DNA of 38,682 nt, filler included, from Aduncisulcus paluster (taxonomy: Eukaryota): assembly GCA_024181965.1 (NCBI GenBank). It is 2 parts of 2 records of this genome, joined end to end, with 100 filler letters (N's around TTAATTAATTAA, not from the genome) between each part and the next. Parts side by side here need not be neighbours in the genome. Positions count along the whole stretch, not along the records: positions 1 to 20,277 come from BQXS01014068.1; 1 more part is not named here. One strand, written 5' to 3'. The translations under genes and the position numbers were made by a program. Positions 1 through 10,380 of the stretch are shown piece by piece (position 1 is the stretch's first letter; every line of letters begins with the position of its first letter). A model generated the notes under the pieces. It worked only from the letters and a program-made list of their open reading frames with translations, had not been told where the DNA came from and searched no databases.

Positions 1-1005
1 AACGTTGGAGTTGGGATTAAGGGGAATGAAGGAGCCGCAGCCGCTAGAGCATCAGATTTTGCCGTATGTAAGTTTGAACACCTTAGACCCCTTTTGTTCA
101 TTCACGGGAGAAGTTGCTTGCGTCGTTTTATCATTCATATTCAGTACTATCTGTATAAGAACATCGTTTTATCAGGTGTTGCAATGCTATATGTCATCAT
201 GAGTGCCTTTAGTGGGAGTCTTATTATCAATCAGTGGCAAATGACAGGATTCAACACATTTTACACGTTTCTCCCTCCATTTGTGTTCTCTTTGTTCGAT
301 AGACCCTCATTACAGAGTCGTTTACTCAAATATCCAAAGAATTATGCAGATCAACGTAGGGAATACAAGAGTTGGAGAGGAAACCTGCTTGGAATGTTCG
401 TATGGTTGGCAGAAGCTGTCGGTCTTTCCGTCTGCCTTGTGATCTTCTGTATTTTTCCATATACAAAGAGTGTGGTCGATTCGTCTGGCTATTCTTACGC
501 TGGAAATGAGCTTGTTGGTGTCAATGTCACACTCGCCACTGTGTTTTGTGTTAGTTTACGACTTTTAATGGAGGTTAGAACTGTTAATTTCTGGCTATTT
601 GTTTGTATAATTGTTAGTTTGATCGCATTCTTTGGCTTTTCCTTCCTTACAAATGGAATTATTGAGCTCGATTATATGTTTTATTGGCAATTTTTCATGG
701 GTTTGAAAATTCCCATTTTTTGGTGGAACAACATTATTGTGTGTGGGATGTATTTTGTTATTATTGCCTTTATTCAGTTTGCAAAGCGTCAATGTTACCC
801 TTCGGCTGACGATGTATTACACGAACGGTTTAGGAATAAGAACCGATTCCTTGGAATGTGTGATCGGGATAGGCTGAAAGAGAAAATGACTGCTCCTATC
901 AATAGCATAAGGATGCATAGGAAGAAGAGCAAAGCAACAAAAGAGCAGCAACAAGTCGAATATGAGAATATCTCTGATGATGAGACAAGTGTATCTTATT
1001 CATGA
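1..1005 (+). CDS. P4-type ATPase (phospholipid flippase), C-terminal part; 5'-partial at the window edge
   Basis: Frame 1 is open from base 1 and reads NVGVGIKGNEGAAAARASDFAVCKFEHLRPLLFIHGRSCLRRFIIHIQYYLYKN. This matches the P4-ATPase GVGIxGxEGxQAxxxSDF...LLxHGR...YxxYKN motif. Several hydrophobic TM segments follow; stop TGA at 1003-1005. Confidence 0.93.
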   Translation, partial: NVGVGIKGNEGAAAARASDFAVCKFEHLRPLLFIHGRSCLRRFIIHIQYYLYKNIVLSGVAMLYVIMSAFSGSLIINQWQMTGFNTFYTFLPPFVFSLFDRPSLQSRLLKYPKNYADQRREYKSWRGNLLGMFVWLAEAVGLSVCLVIFCIFPYTKSVVDSSGYSYAGNELVGVNVTLATVFCVSLRLLMEVRTVNFWLFVCIIVSLIAFFGFSFLTNGIIELDYMFYWQFFMGLKIPIFWWNNIIVCGMYFVIIAFIQFAKRQCYPSADDVLHERFRNKNRFLGMCDRDRLKEKMTAPINSIRMHRKKSKATKEQQQVEYENISDDETSVSYS

Positions 1006-1670
1006 GCTCTGAGTCTATGATATTGAACACTATAGAACAGTGATAATGTGAGTCTTTAAAGACAGTATGAATAACCTTTTATTCTTTAAAAATGAGATTT
1101 TTACTCAATATGTATCTTTTTTCTGAGTTTTAAGAATTTTTATTATCTAATTTTAGAAATGCTCTTAGATCTATTTTTCAACCTTTTAATCATATATAAC
1201 TTTTGATCTTACAAATAATGGATCAACGATTGAAGTATCGAAATACTCAAACCAAGCGTTTTCCGATTTTTTTCTCTGTTTGATGAATTCAGTGAATTTG
1301 AATAGTTGTAACTACAGACCTTTTTTCCCAATAATAATAAACTCTTTCCAGCTATTTCTTTGAACCAAATTTATCTATTTATAGATATATATCTTTGTTT
1401 GGTTGTTTTGCTTTGAAAGGCTTGGCATATCAAAATATAAATTTGAGGCATTAATATGAATGAGAGATTCAGGTTGTTCTCAGATTCTAAATTTAGAACA
1501 TTTCAAATTTGGTATTGAAAGGAGGAGTCAGATTCTTCCCGAGTTAAACCCCATGATACTTGCGTAATTTTGAAAAAATGTCAGAAATGAATGCGATAAT
1601 AATATAAAACAACATATAAATATGCTTAAACCGTTGAATATAAACCAATTGAATCTTCATGTAAACCCAA

Positions 1671-3062
1671 CTATTTCTTCTTAAACCAACCCTTCTTTTC
1701 CTTTGGAGAGCCAAGACTGCCAGACTTGGGGGATTTCTCAGCAGCCATTTCATCCTTTCGTTCTCCTTCATCCTGCACAACTCCATCGGGTAGAGCATCT
1801 TTTATCTTATTATAAATACGAATGAAAGCAAGAAGATCACCCTGAGTTTTCCTGAATTCACACAACACTTTGCCTCCACTCATAGAATGAAGTTCAATAT
1901 TAAACTTGACAACACCGCCTGTCGCACCTGCCGACACACGGATCTTCCAAGTGGAATAGTCCATAATTGGAACAGCTCTGGCTTCTTCAATCACCGGTTT
2001 GAGCTCACGCATGAGATAAGATGGAGAGAGAGGAGAGATGAAACAAGTTGACCTGAATACTTTGAGTCCTCGTTGAGTCTCATCACGTCGGAACAAAGGA
2101 GCAAAATTCAAGAATCCCGAGACAGAAACAATATCAAAAACATTCATCGGAGGGGGTTTCTTCTCTTGGCGGGAATCAGTAATTCTATCTTCAGCACGCT
2201 CAATAGCATCCCGTAGACGCTGTTTAACAGCGAAAGGCATTCCATCCTCAGGGTCAAGACCATGCATGAACCATTTATGCTGTTTAATCGTGGCAAATGT
2301 CGCCCTTTGAGCCGGATTAGGCTTAAGCATCATCGTAAGAACTTGAATAGCATCCTTTGAGAACCACGGAGGACAGTGGAAATCAGCCTTCTCAATACGG
2401 CGAAAGAGAGCAGCCTTTGAAGTATCTTCAAAGGGCAAATACCCAGCAAGCATCGCATACAATATAACTCCACAACTCCAAATATCTGCGACAGTTCCAT
2501 CATATTTGCCACCCGCAAGCACTTCTGGAGCAACATAATTAGGAGTTCCACAGGTAGTTCTCATCATAGTTTCATATCTGCCTCCTTCGCCCATTCCCAT
2601 CAAGGCTGATAGACCGAAATCAGATATTTTAAGAATAGCATGTTCATTTAGCAATAAATTCTCAGGTTTAAGATCACGGTGGGCAACCCCTTTGCTGTGC
2701 ATATACTCCACAGCATTGACCAATTGCTGGAAATATATACGAGCTGTCTCTTCTTCAAACTTTCCTTGAGTCAAAATACGATCAAACAATTCACCACCAG
2801 TCACCAGTTCCAAAATGAGAAATATTTTCGACTTACTATATAAAACTTCATATAACTTTACAATATTGGGATGATCAAGGATCCTCATGATATCAATTTC
2901 CTTTTTGACCCTAGATGAACTTCTTTCAGTCACTAATTTCGACCGATGGATAATTTTAACAGCTACTGCATGTCCTGTTGAAGTATCTACACCATATTTA
3001 ACTTTTCCAAATGTTCCTTCTCCTAATGTTCTCGCTAATTCATATTTATCAACCTTTTGCAT
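1671..3062 (-). CDS. SNF1/AMPK-related Ser/Thr kinase with C-terminal NAF-like motif (CIPK/SnRK3-like)
   Basis: Complete kinase domain (GEGTFGKV, VAVK, HRDLKPEN, DFG, TTCGTPNYVAPE). After it come PPPMNVFDIVSVSGFLNFAPLF (NAF/FISL-like) and a KA1/PPI-like tail (LCEFRKTQGDLLAF). Confidence 0.9.
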   Translation of the reverse strand: MQKVDKYELARTLGEGTFGKVKYGVDTSTGHAVAVKIIHRSKLVTERSSSRVKKEIDIMRILDHPNIVKLYEVLYSKSKIFLILELVTGGELFDRILTQGKFEEETARIYFQQLVNAVEYMHSKGVAHRDLKPENLLLNEHAILKISDFGLSALMGMGEGGRYETMMRTTCGTPNYVAPEVLAGGKYDGTVADIWSCGVILYAMLAGYLPFEDTSKAALFRRIEKADFHCPPWFSKDAIQVLTMMLKPNPAQRATFATIKQHKWFMHGLDPEDGMPFAVKQRLRDAIERAEDRITDSRQEKKPPPMNVFDIVSVSGFLNFAPLFRRDETQRGLKVFRSTCFISPLSPSYLMRELKPVIEEARAVPIMDYSTWKIRVSAGATGGVVKFNIELHSMSGGKVLCEFRKTQGDLLAFIRIYNKIKDALPDGVVQDEGERKDEMAAEKSPKSGSLGSPKEKKGWFKKK

Positions 3063-3189
3063 CCAATTTCACATCAAACCATAATATTTGTTTTCTCTTT
3101 TGCTCATCTTTTGCGAAAATCATGTGCGGATACAATAAACAAGATTAAAATTTAATTATAAACCGGAATTATGTTTTTATTTATCTATT

Positions 3190-3209
3190 NNNNNNNNNNN
3201 NNNNNNNNN
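3190..3209. other. Assembly gap (20 N)
   Basis: Run of N. The downstream reading frame is open back to the gap. Confidence 0.99.
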
Positions 3210-3211
3210 AG

Positions 3212-5116
3212 AGTGGGTTTGAGCATGTTTCGTGCAAGGACGATCTTGACAATCTCGAACGTAAGGTTGTTCGAATGGTTGAGGATGAACGGGTATCCTT
3301 TTCACAACAATATGTTTTGAAGTCTGAGTTTGAATCTGTGTTATGCCGTGAACGTGAAGACCATGAAAAGGCTGTTTTCGTCGTGAGAGAAGAATGCAAG
3401 GATCTCAAATTGCTTATTAGAAAGCAAGATAACGTTATAGACGAACTTCGTTCAAATATACATATGTTAAAAAGCTTGGTTGAATCGTTTGTCGATCAAA
3501 AGAAGTTGGAAGAGGAAGAGAGGAAGGAGAAGGAAATTTTGGAAAAGAAGAGGAAAGAGAGAGAAGAGCAGGCGAGAAAAGAAGAAGAAGAGAAGAGCAG
3601 AAAAGAACGAGAAGAGAGGAAAAGGAAGGAAGAGGAGGAAAGAATTAGAAAAGAGAGAGAAGAAAAGTTGAGAAAAGAAGAAGAAGAGAAGAGCAGAAAA
3701 GAACGAGAAGAGAGGAAAAGGAAGGAAGAGGAGGAAAGAATTAGAAAAGAGAGAGAAGAACAGGTGAGAAAAGAAGAAGAAGAGAAGAGCAGAAAGGAAC
3801 GAGAAGAAAAGTTGAGAAAAGAAGAAGAGGAAAGAATTAGAAAAGAACGAGAAGAACAGGTGAGAAAAGAAGAAGAAGAGAAGAGCAGAAAGGAACGAGA
3901 AGAAAAGTTGAGAAAAGAAGAAGAGGAAAGAATTAGAAAAGAACGAGAAGAAAAGTTGAGAAAAGAAAGAGAAGAGAAGATAAAGAAGGAAGAGGAGGAG
4001 AAAGAGGTTGCCAAAGCCAAAGGGTCTGTCCAATTTAAGGAATCTCCCGTGTTAATTGCTGGAACCACTTCACATGTCCCATTTAAAGAGGACAAGATCG
4101 AGGAAGTTGGCGATGTTTCCCTTTCTGTGGGTCTGGAGAGCGATACCGATGAAACTGATTCCGAGTTTAAGAAGAGAATGGATCCAAATGGTTTCTTTGA
4201 GGCTGCTGAGCGTGCTGACACCCGTCGAGCCACTTTCCAGATTGGTACAAGCAAGGTGACAACTCGATGTGTCGCTGTTGGTGGTCGTGGTTCTCTAATG
4301 TTTTGTGGTAACGACGCTGGAGCTGTTGCTTCCTTCGAACCTGATATGTACCCTCTCCATGAACATCGGTCTTATGATACCACTCTTCAGAACAAGACAC
4401 TTCACGGTGCAGCTCTTCTTTCCCTTTGTACCAATCATGGTATGCTGGCCTCTTCTGATAGCGCTGGTATCGTGAGACTGTGGAACGAGGAGGATCTCAG
4501 AGATTTAAGAGTGATCAAGCATCCAAAGGCCGTGTACCAGGTCGGTCTGTATGATGATTGTATCATCGGATGTTGTAAAGATAATATTGCCTACATGTGG
4601 AAGACAACCACGGGACAATTGCTTGCTAAGCTTGATGGTCATTCAAAGGGTGTGTATTGCTGCTCTAGATCTGGAAATACTCTGATCACCGGATCTGCTG
4701 ACCACACTGTGAAATCATGGGATATCGAGAGACAAGAATTGATTGGAACTGTTCAGAAACATAAGGCCCGAGTGAGGTGCGTAGCCACTGTTCATGACGG
4801 TCGTGTTATTGCATCCGGTGGGGCCGATAAGAAGATATTCTTTGCGGATAAGAGACAACCAAAATCCAAAACACTCAATTTGTCTGGGCACAAGAAAGAT
4901 ATCTCTTTCCTTCATGTTGATGGTGCCAAGATTATTTCTGCTTCTTATGATGGATTTGTGCGATTGTGGGATATCCGTGGTCTTGGAGGTGGTGTAAAGC
5001 CTGCTTGTGCTCTCAAGGTTCAACTTACTGGGGATCAGATTCTCGGCGCATCTATTGACAGGTATCGTGTGTATTGTGCAACAAGTAGTGGGAAGGTTGA
5101 ATGTATCGAATTTTAA
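3212..5116 (+). CDS. WD40-repeat protein with N-terminal coiled coil and E/K/R-rich repeat; true start probably inside the gap
   Basis: The frame is open from 3212 (SGFEHVSCKDDLDNLERKVVRM...); first ATG at 3275. C-terminal GH...WD repeats (GHSKGVYC...SADHTVKSWD; GHKKDISFL...SYDGFVRLWD). Confidence 0.85.
   Translation, partial: SGFEHVSCKDDLDNLERKVVRMVEDERVSFSQQYVLKSEFESVLCREREDHEKAVFVVREECKDLKLLIRKQDNVIDELRSNIHMLKSLVESFVDQKKLEEEERKEKEILEKKRKEREEQARKEEEEKSRKEREERKRKEEEERIRKEREEKLRKEEEEKSRKEREERKRKEEEERIRKEREEQVRKEEEEKSRKEREEKLRKEEEERIRKEREEQVRKEEEEKSRKEREEKLRKEEEERIRKEREEKLRKEREEKIKKEEEEKEVAKAKGSVQFKESPVLIAGTTSHVPFKEDKIEEVGDVSLSVGLESDTDETDSEFKKRMDPNGFFEAAERADTRRATFQIGTSKVTTRCVAVGGRGSLMFCGNDAGAVASFEPDMYPLHEHRSYDTTLQNKTLHGAALLSLCTNHGMLASSDSAGIVRLWNEEDLRDLRVIKHPKAVYQVGLYDDCIIGCCKDNIAYMWKTTTGQLLAKLDGHSKGVYCCSRSGNTLITGSADHTVKSWDIERQELIGTVQKHKARVRCVATVHDGRVIASGGADKKIFFADKRQPKSKTLNLSGHKKDISFLHVDGAKIISASYDGFVRLWDIRGLGGGVKPACALKVQLTGDQILGASIDRYRVYCATSSGKVECIEF
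3554..4009 (+). repeat. Coding minisatellite, about 19 copies of a 24-nt (8-aa) unit KE(R/E)EExxR
   Basis: Units KEREEQAR, KEEEEKSR, KEREERKR, KEEEERIR, KEREEKLR and KEREEQVR recur with near-identical codons. Confidence 0.9.
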
Positions 5117-5313
5117 GATGATCAGGAATTAGGATGAGTTTTAGAAATTCAACATGACATTGTTAGAAATCTCTAACTGATGATTTCAAGGTAAAATAAA
5201 AATGATTTTAATCAACAGTAATTGAAAGGTGAGACGTCACGAAGGAAGAGTTTCTCAAAAATCAAATGAACGAATTCATTACAATTAATGAATTTATATT
5301 AAATATTCTTTTC

Positions 5314-5386
5314 GGGGGTGTAGCTCAGTTGGTAGAGCGCGACATTTGCATTGTCGAGGCCTCGGGTTCGAGTCCCGACATCTCCA
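5314..5386 (+). tRNA. tRNA-Ala (anticodon TGC), intronless
   Basis: 73-nt cloverleaf: acceptor GGGGGTG/CATCTCC with the G3:U70 alanine determinant, D arm GCTC/GAGC, anticodon arm CGACA-TTTGCAT-TGTCG, T arm TCGGG-TTCGAGT-CCCGA. No encoded CCA; TTTT follows shortly after. Confidence 0.97.
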
Positions 5387-5614
5387 TATTTTACATAATT
5401 TATTATTTATTCACAAAGACTGGCATGTCTTGTAACCATTGTTTTTGTGGTTTGACCTCTATACCATAAAAGGCCTATTCCAGATATGGTGACCCTTACA
5501 CCACTACAGTTTTGATCAAATCAATCTAAATAGTTCATTAAATTTTACTATTTGTTAAAATATTAAGAATATATTTGATAGTGCCCTATAGAAGTATACT
5601 GTGAGTTATCTAGA

Positions 5615-8600
5615 TTAATAATATCTTTCTACCAAACGAATACACCAATCCCATTCAGAAAGCTTCTTTTTATCGACTTTGAGTTTTGATTCGTGGAGAT
5701 ATTTGAGAAGAATCTCTTTTGGAAGTCCAACAGATCTCCTCAGATCCCTCGAAACATAAGAATCTTCCACGGAAAGGCATATACATAAAGAACGGAGGTG
5801 AGTCAGCAAACTTGACGATATTGATGAGTCTGAACAAGCTCCCATTAGTTTACAGGCGATGAATTCCGGCATTCTACTCCTTTTCCACGCACCATAATCT
5901 CGTGAACATTTCTTGCGAATTGCAGAACTTGATAGATGAGCCAAAAGTAATTGTGAAGACTGATGAAAGAAAGGAGATGATGAAGAAGAGGAAAAGCCTT
6001 GAGCCATTAAAGCTCCAATCCATCCATTTGCAATTGATACATCGAGGGAATATTGATTATGTTTATCTTTTTCTTCTGTTTCGTCTTTGTCCTTGACAAA
6101 ATCTCCTTCCTCCTCTTCTTCCTCTTCTTCCTCTTCTTCCTCTTCTTCCTCTTCTCCTCTTTGCTTCTTTCTTCTTTCATATCGACGTTTCTTTTTAGCT
6201 CGATTGTCTCGCATCTTTCGTTTTTTCTTCTCGTTTTCCTCAGAGAGGGATGTGACATGTGCAAATTTCCTTACTAACAGTTCCAGTTCGTGAGCAGCTT
6301 CACTCTCAAGAACATTAATGATCTCTGCCGAAATGAGAATAGAGATCAAGGGAAGTGGCTGTAAAAATGATAGATTGGGTGAACTTAACGAAGGAAGAAG
6401 AGAAAGCGAAGAGGATTGCGCGGATAAAGAATCGAGGGTATCTCTGTCAATGTCAACGCAACAAATGTCATGCAGAATCTTCAACAGAAACTTGGAACAG
6501 GCATTACGGGAGCTTCCTTTTGACTTATCACGTTGGATATTTCTGTATAACCATAGTAAGACTCTTCTTCCACTTACCCGACCTTCTCCGATCCAGGCAC
6601 AACCAACGATCGATGCATACACCGTTCCTGATCTAAATAAAGCAGAGTGAGAAGGTTTTCCGTGGAGACAAAGCATTCTAAGGAGGTAATCAATCATCAC
6701 ATTCCAAGGTGAATTTGAACAGAGATTGAAACAAAGAGAAAAGGAACGAGAAAGAGAGAAGAGGGAAGATATTGAACGATGTGGATGCAAGGAACTGGGA
6801 ACAAGAAGAGAGGGAGTATCTTCAGAGTCTTTCAGACTACTAACAGGGAAAACTGAAGACACGGGAACACACTGTGTAATGATCAATGGAATTCCATAGT
6901 CAAGAATAGTGGATGAACATTCTCCACAACCTTTGGGGGAACAGTACAAACAGATAGGAAGCCATCCCAAGGTCAAGGGAAGGGTAGGAGAGTGAATGGA
7001 TGAAAAGAATTTAAACAGATATCTTCTGTGCATTTCTTTATCGGAATGACAATTTGATATGCCCAGTATTGATACTTGGAGGGCGGTGCGTCTAAAGAGA
7101 GAGTCAAAGGTCGTCATGGAGGGAGGTATTCCGATTGCTCTGTGATGAGGATAGGGAGAAAACAGAGAGTGGGTAACAGAGGCCTGTTGATAAGCCTCGA
7201 ATCGATGGCCATCAGAGGTTTGAATGGTGGATGAGTCTATTTGGGATTCTATTTCTTTCTTTCCAGTTGAAATCCACTCATTTTTGATGAATTGATAAAT
7301 ATTTTTGTCAGGAATAACGCATAAACGGAGAGATTCTGCCAATACATGCAGAAAATGAATATCTTTCTTTTTCTTGGACAAAAGAGATGGAGGAGAGGAG
7401 AAAAAGCCAGAAAATAACAATAAACCAAGAGGAATGTTTTGTTTTAACCCAAAGAATTTGATGGAAGATCTTCCATCTCCTTCTAAATTTAGAACTGGTG
7501 AGATACACCTTGCTGCATGGAGAAGTTTTTCACTGAGCTTACCCTCACCAACTAAAGAAAAAGTTATTGAAACTTCAGAGTGTAATATTTTTAGAATCTG
7601 TCTTGAAATATTGTTTCTCAGTGATCTAAAATTGTGCTCTGAGAAGAATTCACGTGCAGATTGTTGAGGTTTCATCCGAAAAACATAATATATCCTTCGA
7701 GCAATGGGATCAATATCTCCTTCTTCTTCCTCCGATTTGTTTTGTTTTAACCTCCATACGTCTCGAAACCTCTTCTCAATAACAGGACGAGATTGGGGAT
7801 TGAGGTGATACTCCTTGAAACAAGAGAAATAAATCTCAAAGGATTCACACATTGAGATAATATTGCGAGTCTCTGTCGAAACTAACTCAAATCCGCCATG
7901 AATATCATCTAATGTCTTGATAATGTGAAGGAATTGTGATACAGAACGGGGAGAGGAGGAGAGGTGGGAGAGAATAGGGGTATCTGAGGAAATGAAGGAA
8001 GGGGAATGAAAGGTAGAGATCAAGGAAGCATCTGAGGGAGTAGATGATGTTGACTTTTCTTGACTTTTCTCTAAATGATCAATCATTTTGGATTCGGATG
8101 AGGGAAAAGAAGAAGAAGAAGAGGAAATGAATCTCAAAGGATTCACACATTGAGATAATATTGCGAGTCTCTGTCGAAACTAACTCAAATCCGCCATGAA
8201 TATCATCTAATGTCTTGATAATGTGAAGGAATTGTGATACAGAACGGGGAGAGGAGGAGAGGTGGGAGAGAATAGGGGTATCTGAGGAAATGAAGGAAGG
8301 GGAATGAAAGGTAGAGATCAAGGAAGCATCTGAGGGAGTAGATGATGTTGACTTTTCTTGACTTTTCTCTAAATGATCAATCATTTTGGATTCGGATGAG
8401 GGAAGAAGAAGAAGAAGAGGAAATGAATCCATCCAATTCGGCTTCAAAATCAATAGATGAAGATAAGGATGATAAATATCTCCTTGTTGTATGTGTTAGA
8501 TGGGAAATAGATATGAGATCCGATACATTTGGGAAGAAGAAGAAGAAGAAGAAGAAGAAGAGAGGGAGGACATCCATTGGTGAACATTGGAAGAATCGCA

Positions 8601-10181
8601 AATCTCAGACGTTTTCTTATCTTCCTTGATCTCATCTTTCTTCACATGGATTATATTTTTAGAAAAGTATTTGGATATAGAATCGCGGATATGGAGGCAT
8701 ATTCCAATGGATTCCTCAATCATGTGTTTAGACTGATCTAATTCTATAATTAGATGTGAATATTCTGGATTAATTCTAAAAATAGATTCAAATGTATTAT
8801 TTTCAGGTGCTTTGACCTTCTTTCCATCATACACTCCCTCAAAAACGGTGCAGAATCCGACAGATGCGAAGAATATCCATATAATTGAAATTGCTCTTAA
8901 ATATGGTTGTTTGTTGTGTTTATCAATCAAATGAGTGGAAAGGGATGAACAAATATCTTCAATAAGGAGTGTAAGAGAAGCTCTTCCAAAACACGTGGAC
9001 ACAAACCACTGGAAAACGATGGCCAAATGACTCAGGGAGACCATTCCTTTTGACAAATGAGTGTGGAACAATAGAAATGTCTTATATATCAGAAATAGAG
9101 GGAGAGATAGAGAAAGTATGATTGAGGACAGGATCTCCTTGGGAATGTGGAACATAGAGCCAGATATATGCTGAATACGGTCATGCAATTGGCCAATGAG
9201 GGAGCAGAATGCTGATGGAAGACGAAAAGAAGCAGAATCTATAACCTGGAGTAGATGGGAGGGTTGAGAAAACGAGGGTAAGGAAGATGGGAATAAGGAG
9301 GATAATTTAGGTGATGGAGAGGCAAAAAGGAATGTAAATGATGAAATGCATCGGGAAGCAAAAGAAAAAGAAGAGGAGGAGAGGCCAGTGGAGAGGATTA
9401 AGGGGGGGGAAATGTGGCTTCCTTGTTCATGAAAAAATGGATTAAAATCCCAAGTCTGGATTGGCAAAACGTCTGGAATCGAATCAATTTTTGATGTTCT
9501 TCTTTTCCCAAGGTAATCATGGGCTGGTGAAGAAATAACAGGAATATCAGAAATGTGGGAAAACACACTATCACATTCTTTCAAATTGCACTCAAACACG
9601 CACAAGAGTGTGATATATAGATCTCCACTCATTTTTGGATGGGTTTTCAAGGAATAAATCAGCGAAGAGAGACGATGGGACAAAACTGAATTGGGAGGGG
9701 ATATATCGGCGATACGACTTGGTAATAACCTATATTTTGCCTTTGGAGGGATATCACAGTGTTGTAGTGTAAGAGGAATTGGTAATGATTCTTGAGATAG
9801 CGAGATTAACAGATGCATGATGTCTCTTTTCACTGTCGGTGGTAAAAGGATATTTGAAGGACCACAAGTCAGCAAACTGAGTTCATGAAGGACACTAGAT
9901 TTCGATAATTGATTATCTACAAATAGAAGTTTCTTGGATAGGGAATTATTAATGAATTGGTGGGTAATCATGGAAATGTCCTTACATAAACCAAAATATT
10001 GTTGTATAAATGGTAACAAATATTCTGGGATATGACTAAACTTCTCTCTATCGACCTGAAATTTCTGAAATGAATGAGTTTTCGAACAAACACTTGCTAT
10101 ATCAAATAGTGATGCATAATCAATGTTTGAAAGGGAGATAACAGCATTAGCTGCATTTTCAAAGGGAGATACTAATTCCAT
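5615..10181 (-). CDS. Large Ser/Leu-rich hypothetical protein (about 1400 aa if joined), split in the assembly into ORFs 8496-10181 and 5615-8146
   Basis: Both ORFs share strand and composition. A bridging frame (…NVSDLISISHL…ELDGFISSSSSS) links them once a ~297-bp duplication is removed and one frameshift in the (TCT)n tract at about 8532-8560 is allowed. No family recognised. Confidence 0.6.
7826..8429. repeat. Tandem duplication of about 297 bp with GAAAT(A/G)AATC microhomology at the junctions
   Basis: 7832-8129 is repeated at 8130-8425. The copies differ by a 2-nt indel next to the (GAA)n tract. The junction motif occurs at 7826, 8124 and 8420. Confidence 0.92.
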
Positions 10182-10380
10182 TATCTCACCCCAGGCAAAG
10201 AAGTTGATTTTATTGTCAAGTTTATGCCAACAGTGCTATGAGTGACAAAATGAAAATTAAACAAACTTATCAAAGTTTAAACATCTTATATTTTTACTTA
10301 ACAGAACATTATTATCTTATTTATCGGAAGATCGAAACATACCGATTTGGTCCCTTTGCAGAATTACTATATTCATTTAA

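Noticed and set aside
3467..4254. Long Phe/Ser-rich minus-strand ORFs (188 and 252 aa)
   Set aside because: They are antisense shadows of the purine-rich E/K/R repeat in the WD40 gene.
5266..5469. 67-aa ORF
   Set aside because: It overlaps the tRNA-Ala gene; GGVAQLVER is a typical translated tRNA.
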